Shown: piece by piece, positions 36,576 to 45,398 of the stretch
How the letters are laid out: each line of letters starts with the position of its first letter
How positions within the stretch are numbered: the stretch's first letter is position 1
NCBI GenBank assembly: GCA_018651925.1
Contig: JABIDC010000009.1
Coordinates: 80,403-144,402, forward strand
Origin: an archaeon
GTDB taxonomy: Archaea; Nanobdellota; Nanobdellia; Pacearchaeales; GW2011-AR1
Reading direction: 5' to 3'
Length of the DNA stretch: 64,000 bases
Made by a program: the position numbers and the translations under genes
The notes under the pieces: generated by a model
What the model was told of the DNA's origin: nothing
The model's input: only the letters and a program-made list of their open reading frames with translations
The model's database searches: none

Positions 36576-37271
36576 TTATGCAGTAAAAGAATATTCCTTC
36601 TCCGACTCAACTTCATCAATTTCCGCAAATCTAATAATTCTTCCTTGTCTTTTGGCAAGTTCTCTAATCTTAGAGTAATCTTCTTCTCCTTCAGGCATGA
36701 TCATCTTTTCAACAAAAAAGGTGTGGTAAATTTCAGCTTTCTTAAAATTTGGATTCTCAAAAACAAAACTTTCTCCCCATTCTTTGTTTGTAGTAATCAA
36801 CTTACAAAAGTCTGCCTTAGGTTTTTCATCCCCTTTTCCGGGTTTTCCTGCTTTTGGAGCTTTTGGTTTAATCTTTAATTTACTAATTTTTCCTTCAAAT
36901 GTTAATCCAAAAAAATTCTTTGGAAATTTTTTAAGTAAATCTAAAATTTGTTCGCCAGACATTTCAGTATCAAGTAAATATCTTTTAACCCCTTGGAATT
37001 GTTTTTTTTCTTTAAATTCTATTAAATCATCCAAATCTGTTGTAGAAACAATTGCTCCAACAACTTTTGTTTTATCTTGACCTAATTCTTCTGCAGTTAA
37101 TTTTACAAGTTCATTTGCAAATTCAAAACTTGTATTTATTGTAAATTTATCTTTTGTCCTTTTGGCTTTGATTATCGCCCTGTTTCTAAATTCCCCCTTA
37201 CTAAATCTTTGAAATTGGATGTGGGCAAAATCATCTGCTTTTCCGTCAATGGCGTTCTTTATCAAATTCAT
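36576..37271 (-). CDS. Hypothetical protein directly upstream of the uL3 operon
   Basis: Clean 231-codon ORF with an ATG start. It has two globular halves joined by a Lys/Pro/Gly linker (KIKPKAPKAGKPGKGDEKPK). I recognise no family. Confidence 0.55.
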   Translation of the reverse strand: MNLIKNAIDGKADDFAHIQFQRFSKGEFRNRAIIKAKRTKDKFTINTSFEFANELVKLTAEELGQDKTKVVGAIVSTTDLDDLIEFKEKKQFQGVKRYLLDTEMSGEQILDLLKKFPKNFFGLTFEGKISKLKIKPKAPKAGKPGKGDEKPKADFCKLITTNKEWGESFVFENPNFKKAEIYHTFFVEKMIMPEGEEDYSKIRELAKRQGRIIRFAEIDEVESEKEYSFTA

Positions 37272-37352
37272 ATTCTTTACTATTCAAAATTACTTTTAAA
37301 CTTTTGGTGCAAATTTTCCTTTTTAAAACCCAAGGAGGGTTTATCAAAAACC

Positions 37353-37360
37353 TTTATAAG
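37353..37360 (+). promoter_or_regulatory. TATA-box-like TTTATAAG upstream of the AI-2E permease gene
   Basis: The motif ends 24 nt before ATG 37385. This supports that ATG rather than the TTG at 37304 given by the track. Confidence 0.45.
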
Positions 37361-37384
37361 TTTGGACTACTTAATTTAGGTAAC

Positions 37385-38455
37385 ATGGATGATAATTATT
37401 ACAAGCAGTTTTTTTCAATAATAATTTTATTAATTCTCGCAGTATTATGTTTCCTAATTATAAAACCAATCATCATGGCAATAATAATGGGATTCATTTT
37501 GTCATTTATCTTTATGCCTCTTTACAAAAAATTAATCCTTTGGACAAAATCTCAGAATCTTTCTGCAGGAATTATTTGTGTGGGGTTACTTGCTATTTTT
37601 ATTCTCCCAATTTGGTTTTTATCTCCGGTTGCAATTGATCAAGCAGTAAAAGTTTATTTTGCTTCGCAAGATTTTGATTTTGTAACTCCTTTAAAATCTA
37701 TCTTCCCTTCTGTTTTTACCTCGGAGACTTTTGCAGTTGAAGCAGGAAATGCAATAGGAAATTTTGTAACCGGTTTAACAGATGCTTTAGTTAGATCTTT
37801 TTCTAAATTAGTTTTAGAAATTCCCGCACTCTTATTGCAATTAGTAGTAGTCCTTTTTACCTTGTTTTTTGTTTTAAGAGACAAAGATCGTTTGTTTGAT
37901 TTTGTAAAAAGTTTTTCCCCTTTTTCGAAAGAAGTAGAAAAAAAATTAGCAGAATCTTCCTCTGGAATTACCGCTTCTGTCTTGTATGGTCAAGTTGTTA
38001 TTGGGACGATCCAAGGAACAATTGCAGGAATTGGGTTTTTAATTTTTGGAGTTCCAAATGCAATTCTTTTGGGACTTTTAGCAATTGTAGCAGGAATCTT
38101 CCCAGTAATTGGAACAATCTTAGTTTGGGGGCCAGTATTCATCTATTCAATTTTACAAATGAGTTCCATTAGTATAATTGGGATCTTTATTTTCGGATTT
38201 ATTTCAACAAACATAGACAATTTTCTTAGACCTTTAATTGTTTCAAGAAGAGTTAAAATTCCTTCGGTAATAATTATTTTAGGAATGATTGGGGGGGTTT
38301 TCTTCTTTGGCGTTCTGGGGTTTATTCTCGGACCTTTAGTTATAGCGTATCTTTTAATTATTCTCGAAGGTTATCAATTTAAGAAAAAGAAATCTAAGTT
38401 TTTTATTGAAGAAGAAAGCGAGCAAAAACTTTTGTTTCAAAAGTTCAGCAGATAG
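37385..38455 (+). CDS. AI-2E family transporter (PerM/UPF0118-like permease)
   Basis: About 8 TM helices, with the conserved late segment GLLAIVAGIFPVIGTILVWGPV and FLRPLIVSRRVKIP typical of UPF0118. Confidence 0.7.
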   Translation: MDDNYYKQFFSIIILLILAVLCFLIIKPIIMAIIMGFILSFIFMPLYKKLILWTKSQNLSAGIICVGLLAIFILPIWFLSPVAIDQAVKVYFASQDFDFVTPLKSIFPSVFTSETFAVEAGNAIGNFVTGLTDALVRSFSKLVLEIPALLLQLVVVLFTLFFVLRDKDRLFDFVKSFSPFSKEVEKKLAESSSGITASVLYGQVVIGTIQGTIAGIGFLIFGVPNAILLGLLAIVAGIFPVIGTILVWGPVFIYSILQMSSISIIGIFIFGFISTNIDNFLRPLIVSRRVKIPSVIIILGMIGGVFFFGVLGFILGPLVIAYLLIILEGYQFKKKKSKFFIEEESEQKLLFQKFSR

Positions 38456-38487
38456 ATATAAAAATAAAATCTTCGAATTAATATCAA

Positions 38488-39972
38488 ATGAGGTTAAAAG
38501 TTAAATTTCTTAGTTGGTCTGCAGGAATCCCTGTAGCAATGCTTCACAAAGAGGTTGCAGAACATGCCGGAGTTCACACTCAAGGAAGAATTCTAATTAA
38601 AACTTGTTCAAAAAACCCAAAAGAATTAATTGCAATTGTTGATGTTGTTGAAGATAAATTAGTTGGGAAAAAAGAAGTTGCTTTGTCTAGCGAAATTAGA
38701 AAAAGAATGAAGTTAAGAAAAGGACAAATTGTAGAAATTAGTTTATTTCAATCAACACAAAGTTTAGAATTAATAAAAAAGAAATTAAAAAATAATCCTT
38801 TAACTGAAAAAGAAATTGATCAGATTATTGCAGATATAGTGAATAATTCTTTATCTGATCCAGAGGTTGCTTTATTTGTTTCTGCAATGTATCAACAAGG
38901 AATGAGTCAGAAGGAAACAATCTCCTTGATTAAAGCAATTTTGAAAACAGGAAATAAATTACCTTTAAGAAGAAAATATATTGTGGACAAACATTGTATT
39001 GGGGGAATTCCTGGAAATAGGACAACTCCAATTGTGGTGGCAATTTGCGCCGCTGCAGGATTAACCTTTCCTAAAAGTTCTTCAAGAGCAATCACAAGCG
39101 CAGCAGGAACAGCAGATGTAATTGAAACAATTGCGAGAGTAGATTTTTCAATTAAAGAAATTCAAAGAATTGTTGAGAAGACAAATGCTTGTTTGGTTTG
39201 GGGAGGAGCGTTAGGTTTAGTTCCAGCGGATTCAAAAATCATTCAAATGGAAAAAGCATTGAAGTTGGATCCAGAGGCTCAACTTTTAGCATCAATCACT
39301 TCAAAGAAATTAGCAGTTGGAAGTAATTATGTTTTAATTGATATTCCCTATGGGAAAACCGCAAAGGTTACTCGTGCTCATGGTTTAAGTTTGAAGAGAA
39401 GGTTTGAAGCCCTTGGAAAATATTTTAAGATAAAGATTCACGTTGTTTTAACAAAAGGGGATGGGCCTGTTGGAAGAGGCGTTGGACCCAATTTAGAAAT
39501 GAAAGATCTTTTGAAAGTTTTAGATCAAACTTTGGAAGGCCCATGCGATTTAGAGGAAAAGTCTTTGTTCTTGGCAGGGGAAATTTTAGAAATGGCGAAG
39601 AAGGCAAAGAAAGGAAAGGGAATTGAAATGGCAACAGAGATTTTGCATTCTGGAAAAGCATTTAAGAAATTTAAAGAAATAATTAGGGCGCAAAAGGGAA
39701 AGATTGTTGAATTGCCTTGCGGAGAATTCTGTAAGGAGATTTTAGCTAAGAAAGATGCAAAGGTCTTGTCAATGGACAATAAGGGAATAAATAATCTTGC
39801 AAGGGTTGCAGGGTGTCCTACAGACAATGCTGCAGGGGTTTACTTGGATGTTAAGCCAAAAGAGAAGGTAAGGAAAGGGGAAGTTCTGATTACAATTTAT
39901 GCTGAATCTGAATCTCGATTAAAGGAAGCCATAAAATTCTATAAGAAAACCAAACCAATTCAGTTAAATTAA
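38488..39972 (+). CDS. deoA: AMP phosphorylase (archaeal DeoA/thymidine phosphorylase family with N-terminal extension)
   Basis: DKHCIGGIPGNRTTPIVVAICAAAGLTFPKSSSRAITSAAGTADVIE and ACLVWGGALGLVPADS motifs. An extra ~85-aa N-terminal domain matches archaeal AMP phosphorylases. Confidence 0.85.
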   Translation: MRLKVKFLSWSAGIPVAMLHKEVAEHAGVHTQGRILIKTCSKNPKELIAIVDVVEDKLVGKKEVALSSEIRKRMKLRKGQIVEISLFQSTQSLELIKKKLKNNPLTEKEIDQIIADIVNNSLSDPEVALFVSAMYQQGMSQKETISLIKAILKTGNKLPLRRKYIVDKHCIGGIPGNRTTPIVVAICAAAGLTFPKSSSRAITSAAGTADVIETIARVDFSIKEIQRIVEKTNACLVWGGALGLVPADSKIIQMEKALKLDPEAQLLASITSKKLAVGSNYVLIDIPYGKTAKVTRAHGLSLKRRFEALGKYFKIKIHVVLTKGDGPVGRGVGPNLEMKDLLKVLDQTLEGPCDLEEKSLFLAGEILEMAKKAKKGKGIEMATEILHSGKAFKKFKEIIRAQKGKIVELPCGEFCKEILAKKDAKVLSMDNKGINNLARVAGCPTDNAAGVYLDVKPKEKVRKGEVLITIYAESESRLKEAIKFYKKTKPIQLN

Positions 39973-40011
39973 CACAATTATTTTTTTAAACTAAAAGAAT
40001 CATTTCTTTCT

Positions 40012-40281
40012 ATGGAAAAGCCAGCATACTTACAAAAGGTCATAGATTATTTTAAGAATAATTTGAAAAAAGGTTATACAATGCAATCTTTAGAGTGGGC
40101 TCTTTTAAGACAAGGATATTCTAAAGCATTAATTGATCGGGCTGCAGCAGAAGTAACAAAAGAATTAGCAATGAAAGCTCCTGTTCTAAAGGAGAAACCA
40201 ATAATTAAGCATGAAATAATTGATGAATACGATAGGCCAGTTAAGATTAAGAAAGGTTTCTTTGGAAGGTTGTTTGGTTAG
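40012..40281 (+). CDS. Hypothetical small protein
   Basis: 89-codon ORF with an ATG start. Soluble, with no family recognised. Confidence 0.45.
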   Translation: MEKPAYLQKVIDYFKNNLKKGYTMQSLEWALLRQGYSKALIDRAAAEVTKELAMKAPVLKEKPIIKHEIIDEYDRPVKIKKGFFGRLFG

Positions 40282-40284
40282 TTA

Positions 40285-40308
40285 AAAAAATTAAACGCTC
40301 CCTCCAAG
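40285..40308 (-). repeat. Imperfect direct copy of the tRNA-Ser 3-prime end plus its downstream flank
   Basis: 40285-40308 (aaaaaattaaacgctccctccaag) matches 40647-40670 (aaaaaattaaacgcccccgccagg) at 21 of 24 positions by manual ungapped alignment, in the same orientation. Confidence 0.5.
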
Positions 40309-40372
40309 CCCAGGATAAAAGTGTCCCGTTGGAAGATCAATTCTTTCAGGTTTATTTTATTAAAGATTTAAA

Positions 40373-40606
40373 TCATTCACATGCAGTAATTTCAGGATTG
40401 TACTTTTCATAACCCTCGTCCTTGCAAACTGAATCTCGATAATGGTTTAACACTTGAGTCGGAGGGCATGAGTCATTGTAGATTAAGGCACGATTCCCGC
40501 ATTTGTCTTCATAAATGGGGGGTTTAACGGGCAGGATGATAAGTAGAATAATTGCCACAATAACTACAACTAAAATTGCTAAGGAAATAATCAGTTTCTT
40601 TTTCAT
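40373..40606 (-). CDS. Small N-terminally anchored Cys-containing protein, hypothetical
   Basis: 77 aa: MKKKLIISLAILVVVIVAIILLIIL anchor, then a short ectodomain with 4 Cys. It lies between the tRNA-Ser gene and the tRNA-end repeat. Confidence 0.45.
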   Translation of the reverse strand: MKKKLIISLAILVVVIVAIILLIILPVKPPIYEDKCGNRALIYNDSCPPTQVLNHYRDSVCKDEGYEKYNPEITACE

Positions 40607-40657
40607 AATCTCTTTTAGAAAATAATCTTTTTAAATATTATTAAAGAAAAAATTAAA

Positions 40658-40737
40658 CGCCCCCGCCAGGAATCGAACCTGGGAGCCACAAGGGCCCGGC
40701 TCTCAAGGCCGGTGCACTACCATTATGCGACAGAGGC
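40658..40737 (-). tRNA. tRNA-Ser (anticodon UGA)
   Basis: Manual cloverleaf. Acceptor GCCTCTG/CGGGGGC (two GU pairs). D arm GCAT-AATGGTA-GTGC. Anticodon arm CCGGC-CTTGAGA-GCCGG (U33, UGA). Long 13-nt variable region. T arm CCAGG-TTCGATT-CCTGG. Discriminator G. No encoded CCA and no intron. Confidence 0.8.
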
Positions 40738-40817
40738 GTATACTTAACTACAGATATTTTTGGTTTTAAAGATTTCTATTTGCAAAGATTTAATAATTTA
40801 AATTACTTCAAAGAAGG

Positions 40818-41048
40818 ATGAATAGAAGTCAGTGGAGAGTGTTAGCAATTACTTTTGCTCTCATCGGAATCCTTTCAATTATAACTGCAACAGATTCAAA
40901 ATCACTTTGTGATTCTTCACAAGAATATCCCTTATCTAATTCAAATATTTGGGGTTGTTCAAGATATAATGTTTTTTCTGCGTTCGCTTACTTTTCATTT
41001 TTTCTCGCAATTGCTTGTTCAATTTGTTTTAATTTAGAAAAGAGGTGA
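40818..41048 (+). CDS. Small two-TM membrane protein, hypothetical
   Basis: 76 aa with two hydrophobic helices and an ATG start. Confidence 0.4.
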   Translation: MNRSQWRVLAITFALIGILSIITATDSKSLCDSSQEYPLSNSNIWGCSRYNVFSAFAYFSFFLAIACSICFNLEKR

Positions 41049-41051
41049 TAA

Positions 41052-42992
41052 CTAATCCTTCTTACTAAAAGCATTCAATACTCTAACATCAGGACTCAAA
41101 ACAAAAACATGGTCTGTTGGAAAACGAATTCCACGATAAACTTTTTGCCAAAGTTCCCGAGTTGCTTTGTCCCTATAAAAATCCCAATAGTGTTGAGGCT
41201 TAGTCTTTTGTAAAATCTTCCAAAAAGCATCCTGAACATTTGGATTAGGATATTTTGTAAAAACAATTGAATTACATTGTTCTCCCGGAAAGTCCACTCC
41301 CCGAGAAACCCGCGTAGAAAATAAAACATCAAAATCTCCTTTCTTGAAATCAGAAACAATCTTTCCTTCCGAATCGTCCCTCTGCATTTCTCGAACCTTT
41401 TCCCGAGAAGTTAAATTCTTCAAATTAAAATCATTAATTTCTTCTTCAGAAGGTAAATCCAAAAAAGCATTAACATGAACCAATGCGGGCTTCTTTGCAA
41501 CTTCCAAACATTTATCCAAAGATCTCAAATAATCTTCTCGACTGAAATTCCCAGAATTAAAATTAGAATATTTGCAATCAAATTCTAAACCAGTTTTCTG
41601 AACTTCAATCTGCCCTTGATTCTGAACTTCTGCATCAAGAATCTCAAATTCATCTAATCCAAAAATATTTTTCAAAACATGTTCAGAATGAATTGTCCCA
41701 GACATCAAAACCACAACCTTGTTTTTCTCAACTAGTTCTTTAAACTTCTTTGCCAAATTTGTAGTAACTAAACTAACAATAATTTGTCCATCTTTTTTAG
41801 TTGTAGTCAAATAAGTGTCTTCCATAAACATTTGAAAACTTTTAGCAATTTCCTCAACCTCAAATAAATAACTCTCGTCATCGACTTCATTTAAAATCTC
41901 TGGAACATCCAAAAAAATCTTAAGCAAATCATAAATTCCTGTGGCTTTCAATCTCAAAATTTCTTTTGTCTCCAAAGAAGCATTTAATTTTTCATCTTGC
42001 TTAATATATTTAATAAGTTCAAATAATTCAGAAATTGCAGCATCAGATTTCTCGCTTGTAGTCAAAACATGAATCAAGGAATTCTGCAATCTTTCAATAT
42101 TTAAATTTCTTTGATTTGCAAAACTATCCAAAAATTCATCACACTCATCTACGATTTCAACTTCAGTCAGTGGCTTACGATTCATAGCAAATTCCAATTT
42201 ATATTTCATAGAATTAAAAACAATAACATCTGAATTAAAATAAGAATGAAACTGTTCATAAAATGGACAACCTTTTCTTCTTTGATAAAAAATAAATTTA
42301 TTTCCTCCAAGTCCTTCGTAAGTACTCTTCTTGGCACCTTCAAAAATCGGTCCGCCCAAATCATATTTCTCTGGTAAAACTGGTGACCAATAAGGGCAAA
42401 CAGATGCTACTGGAACTCTTCGAACATCTGAAAGATCATTGTAATTAGTCGGGTCAACTTTATTATTTTGTCTCAAATATTGTTTGATACGATTCCAATT
42501 TTTTTCTTTCAATTCAACTTTACAGGGGATGTTATAATTGTCTGCAGATAAATCATCGGAAATAGTATTTTCCATTTCTTCTTTTTTTCCTGCAAAAATA
42601 TCATTTAATTTTGAATCAGTTTCTTGTTTGAAAACCGGAATAGCATTTGCATTATCTTCTAAAAATTTACATTTATGGTTATTCCGTCCGGTGATCACAG
42701 AAATTTTTAATTTAGAACCATCCTCTTTCAAAAGATATTTTTCTCCCTCATAATCTTTTTTATATTGTTGTTGCAAGTTTTTTCCTGGAACAATAATTGA
42801 AGTCTTTCCAAGTTTTCGTGCAATATTCAAAGCAATCGCAGATTTTCCAGTACCACAAACTCCCCGGATAAAAATAATTTTCTTCCCGTTCCCAATAGAC
42901 GTTAGAACTTCCTTTACAATGTCTGACTGGGTCTTTCCATTAGAAAAACACAATGGCTTCAAAAATTCTTCTTTATTATATAAATTCCACAT
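41052..42992 (-). CDS. XPD/Rad3/DinG-family ATP-dependent helicase
   Basis: Walker A GVCGTGKSAIAL, DEAH-like VDECDEF, four Cys in the domain-1 insertion (possible FeS site), and a C-terminal helicase_C_2-type motif VLFSTRVSRGVDFPGEQCNSIVFTKYPNPN. Confidence 0.7.
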   Translation of the reverse strand: MWNLYNKEEFLKPLCFSNGKTQSDIVKEVLTSIGNGKKIIFIRGVCGTGKSAIALNIARKLGKTSIIVPGKNLQQQYKKDYEGEKYLLKEDGSKLKISVITGRNNHKCKFLEDNANAIPVFKQETDSKLNDIFAGKKEEMENTISDDLSADNYNIPCKVELKEKNWNRIKQYLRQNNKVDPTNYNDLSDVRRVPVASVCPYWSPVLPEKYDLGGPIFEGAKKSTYEGLGGNKFIFYQRRKGCPFYEQFHSYFNSDVIVFNSMKYKLEFAMNRKPLTEVEIVDECDEFLDSFANQRNLNIERLQNSLIHVLTTSEKSDAAISELFELIKYIKQDEKLNASLETKEILRLKATGIYDLLKIFLDVPEILNEVDDESYLFEVEEIAKSFQMFMEDTYLTTTKKDGQIIVSLVTTNLAKKFKELVEKNKVVVLMSGTIHSEHVLKNIFGLDEFEILDAEVQNQGQIEVQKTGLEFDCKYSNFNSGNFSREDYLRSLDKCLEVAKKPALVHVNAFLDLPSEEEINDFNLKNLTSREKVREMQRDDSEGKIVSDFKKGDFDVLFSTRVSRGVDFPGEQCNSIVFTKYPNPNVQDAFWKILQKTKPQHYWDFYRDKATRELWQKVYRGIRFPTDHVFVLSPDVRVLNAFSKKD

Positions 42993-43148
42993 CTTTTCTT
43001 AAATTAATTTAGAATAGATGATAAAATTTACAACGAATTATAAAGGTTGTTGTGATAAAAACTCTTTTTTGGAGTTTAAAAAAAGTAAAACCTTATCCCA
43101 GAAAATAAAAAAATAGGGGACAAGGGAGTATTATGAGTTGAGCGAGAT

Positions 43149-43439
43149 TTATCCGAATAAACTTGATAAACCTTCAGCTGCAGCTTCTTTCTTTTCTTCT
43201 TTAGGTTTCTCTTCCTTCTTTTCAGCTGCCGGAGCGCTTCCGCTCGTTGGAGCTGCTGAAACTAAACTAGCGTTAGCTAATTCTGAAGCAATGTCCACAT
43301 CTTTAAGACTAGCAATCATTGACTTAACCTTAGCTTCGTCAACAGTTACTCCTGTCGCTGCAACAACGCTTTTAACTGCATCTTCTGTAACTTCTTTTTC
43401 AAGTTTGTGCAATAAAAGTGCCGCGTATATGTATTCCAT
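43149..43439 (-). CDS. rpl12: Ribosomal stalk protein P1 (aL12)
   Basis: MEYIYAALLLH N-terminus, Ala/Glu/Lys hinge and conserved C-terminal EGLSSLFG. Confidence 0.9.
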   Translation of the reverse strand: MEYIYAALLLHKLEKEVTEDAVKSVVAATGVTVDEAKVKSMIASLKDVDIASELANASLVSAAPTSGSAPAAEKKEEKPKEEKKEAAAEGLSSLFG

Positions 43440-43468
43440 TTTTTCCTCCGTGTGATTTATTTCGAATA

Positions 43469-44353
43469 TTAAAAGAACCCAGCTGCGAAATCTTTAGGCG
43501 CTTCTGTCTTTTCTTCTTTTTTAGTTTCTACTTCAGCAGGAACTGCTTCTTCAACTGGTGCAACTTCTTCAGGTTCCCCAGTAATAACTCTAATTAGTTT
43601 CTTTTCATATGCTACTGCTTTTTGAACCATTAATGGAGTTGTTTCAGATCCATAATATCCAATACTTACTGCAAAAGGTAAGGCTCGACCAAAAGCTTCA
43701 ATCAAATCTTTCTTAGTTTCTTCAGCATCAATTTTAATATCTAAATATAATTTTCCAGTTTCTACATCAAATGCAGCAACAGGAGTATATCCAATTGAGA
43801 ATGGTTTAATATCTAATTTGCTCATCACATCTGCAGCATTTTGTGAAATTGCTTTTCCTGCCTGAACAATAACTCTTGATTCTTTAATTTCAATTTTACC
43901 ATTTGTAATTTGAACTTGTAATCCAACAGAACCTAACTCACTAATTGCTGGCCCTGGAGGCAAATCCGTTGGTCCGGCTTCAATAGTAATATCTTCTGGA
44001 GCAATTTGTCCTGGTTTTGCCTTTGAAGGACTCTTGCTTTTCAAAAGTTCAGCAGCTAAGTCATATGAGTCTATATCTGAGAATAAAAATGCAGTACTAT
44101 TTTTTATTAAATCTTTAATCTTCAATAATTCTTTATTTTTTGAATCTTCAATTGCTTTAAAAATAAAATTTTTCTTTGGAACTTTTACAACCGCTTTTCC
44201 TCTTAATTTTTTACCAATTTCTTGATATTGCGAGGCAGGCAAATCTTTAATTGAAGCAAGAAGGATTGTTTTATGAGATTTAATCAACTTTGTTAACTGT
44301 TCCACGGCTTTCTTTTTAAATTCTGGAATTTCTGCAACAGGTCTTGATTTCAT
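43469..44353 (-). CDS. rpl10: Ribosomal protein uL10 (P0)
   Basis: 294 aa (IPEFKKKAVEQLTKLIK...) with an acidic tail ending DFAAGFF like P1. Lies between uL1 and P1. Confidence 0.9.
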   Translation of the reverse strand: MKSRPVAEIPEFKKKAVEQLTKLIKSHKTILLASIKDLPASQYQEIGKKLRGKAVVKVPKKNFIFKAIEDSKNKELLKIKDLIKNSTAFLFSDIDSYDLAAELLKSKSPSKAKPGQIAPEDITIEAGPTDLPPGPAISELGSVGLQVQITNGKIEIKESRVIVQAGKAISQNAADVMSKLDIKPFSIGYTPVAAFDVETGKLYLDIKIDAEETKKDLIEAFGRALPFAVSIGYYGSETTPLMVQKAVAYEKKLIRVITGEPEEVAPVEEAVPAEVETKKEEKTEAPKDFAAGFF

Positions 44354-44982
44354 CTTAAACTTATTTTTTGAGGCTTGCTCATTGTGTATTTTAATTCAAC
44401 GTTCTTAATATTTTCAATTTTTCTTGGAAGAGCTTTCAAAATTGCATTGTAAATTGCCATAGCATTTTCAAGAACATCTTCTTCTTTCATACTTTTTTTA
44501 CCAACAGCTAATTTAATACTTGATTCTTTTGTTCTAATTTTAACTCCAGTATCAATTTTTTCTCTTAAGGCAGAAATTGACTTTTCATCAGCATTAAGCA
44601 TAATTCCCATTTGAGGAGAAGGCATTTTTCCTGCAGGTCCAAGTGCACGTCCGAAAGTTGTAGCTACTTTTGGCATTAAATTTCCTTGAGCTACAAAAAA
44701 ATCATATTTGCTAACAAGACGTTTTAATTCTTTTTTATCTTTATATTTAATAAACTCATTTGGAGTAATTGTATCAATTGAATCATTTTTAACTTCTAAA
44801 AATCCTGCAATTTTTTTATCTTTAATTTTATGTGGCAAATTAATAAACAGATTAATTGAATCTTTCTTCACATTAAATTTTTGCAAATTAATAATTAAGT
44901 CTACTGTTTGATCAAATTTTCTTTCTTTCTCAGAGTTCAAATTTGTTAATGCTTCTTTGATTTGTGTTTCTATTTCTGCCAT
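44350..44982 (-). CDS. rpl1: Ribosomal protein uL1
   Basis: FDQTVDLIINL... and GRALGPAGKMPSP motifs. Start placed at ATG 44982 because GGAGG lies 11 nt upstream. ATGs at 45015 and 45003 are in frame and cannot be excluded. Confidence 0.85.
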   Translation of the reverse strand: MAEIETQIKEALTNLNSEKERKFDQTVDLIINLQKFNVKKDSINLFINLPHKIKDKKIAGFLEVKNDSIDTITPNEFIKYKDKKELKRLVSKYDFFVAQGNLMPKVATTFGRALGPAGKMPSPQMGIMLNADEKSISALREKIDTGVKIRTKESSIKLAVGKKSMKEEDVLENAMAIYNAILKALPRKIENIKNVELKYTMSKPQKISLR

Positions 44983-45168
44983 CTTAGTTTTTGCCTCCCA
45001 CATTATGCGCAACATGAAAACAGAAATGCGTTTTCGTCACGATATGGTTCAATCGGCTAAAATTTTTAGAAGATTTTAGTTTATAAAGTTTCCGTTAAGG
45101 AAAATTTATAGCTAGGAATTTTAAAATAAAATTTCTTGAACTTCAGCGAGATTCTATAAAAGTTTTAA

Positions 45169-45324
45169 TTAGTTTTTCAAGAGAAGGGAATATATGAAGT
45201 AGATTGCAAGGCCAATTCCAACGACAGAAAGAATCGTCCCCATAATTGATTTAGTAATATCTGTAAAAAGAAAAATCCCTGCTAACAATGCCAATGCGCC
45301 AAATAGGTAATTTGAATATTTCAT
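45169..45324 (-). CDS. Possible 51-aa two-TM membrane peptide
   Basis: ATG...TAA ORF below the track cutoff, found by hand (MKYSNYLFGALALLAGIFLFTDITKSIMGTILSVVGIGLAIYFIYSLLLKN). It is the only coding candidate in a 380-bp gap. Confidence 0.3.
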   Translation of the reverse strand: MKYSNYLFGALALLAGIFLFTDITKSIMGTILSVVGIGLAIYFIYSLLLKN

Positions 45325-45398
45325 AAACTAGTATCCAATCTATGAAATATAAATCTTGCCATAGATATTCTTATAAAGAATTATAATTTATTTTAACA

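Noticed and set aside
36522-37080. The + strand ORFs 36522-36878 and 36784-37080
   Set aside because: They lie antisense to the longer 231-aa minus-strand ORF. That ORF has a proper ATG, a balanced composition and an operon context. The antisense products are Phe/Ser-rich.
44983-45100. A possible L1 autoregulatory mRNA mimic in the uL1 leader (GGGAGG ... CUAAG)
   Set aside because: I could not fold a convincing 23S-like helix by hand. As far as I recall, the characterised Methanococcus L1 site lies inside the coding region rather than in the leader. The evidence is too weak to report.
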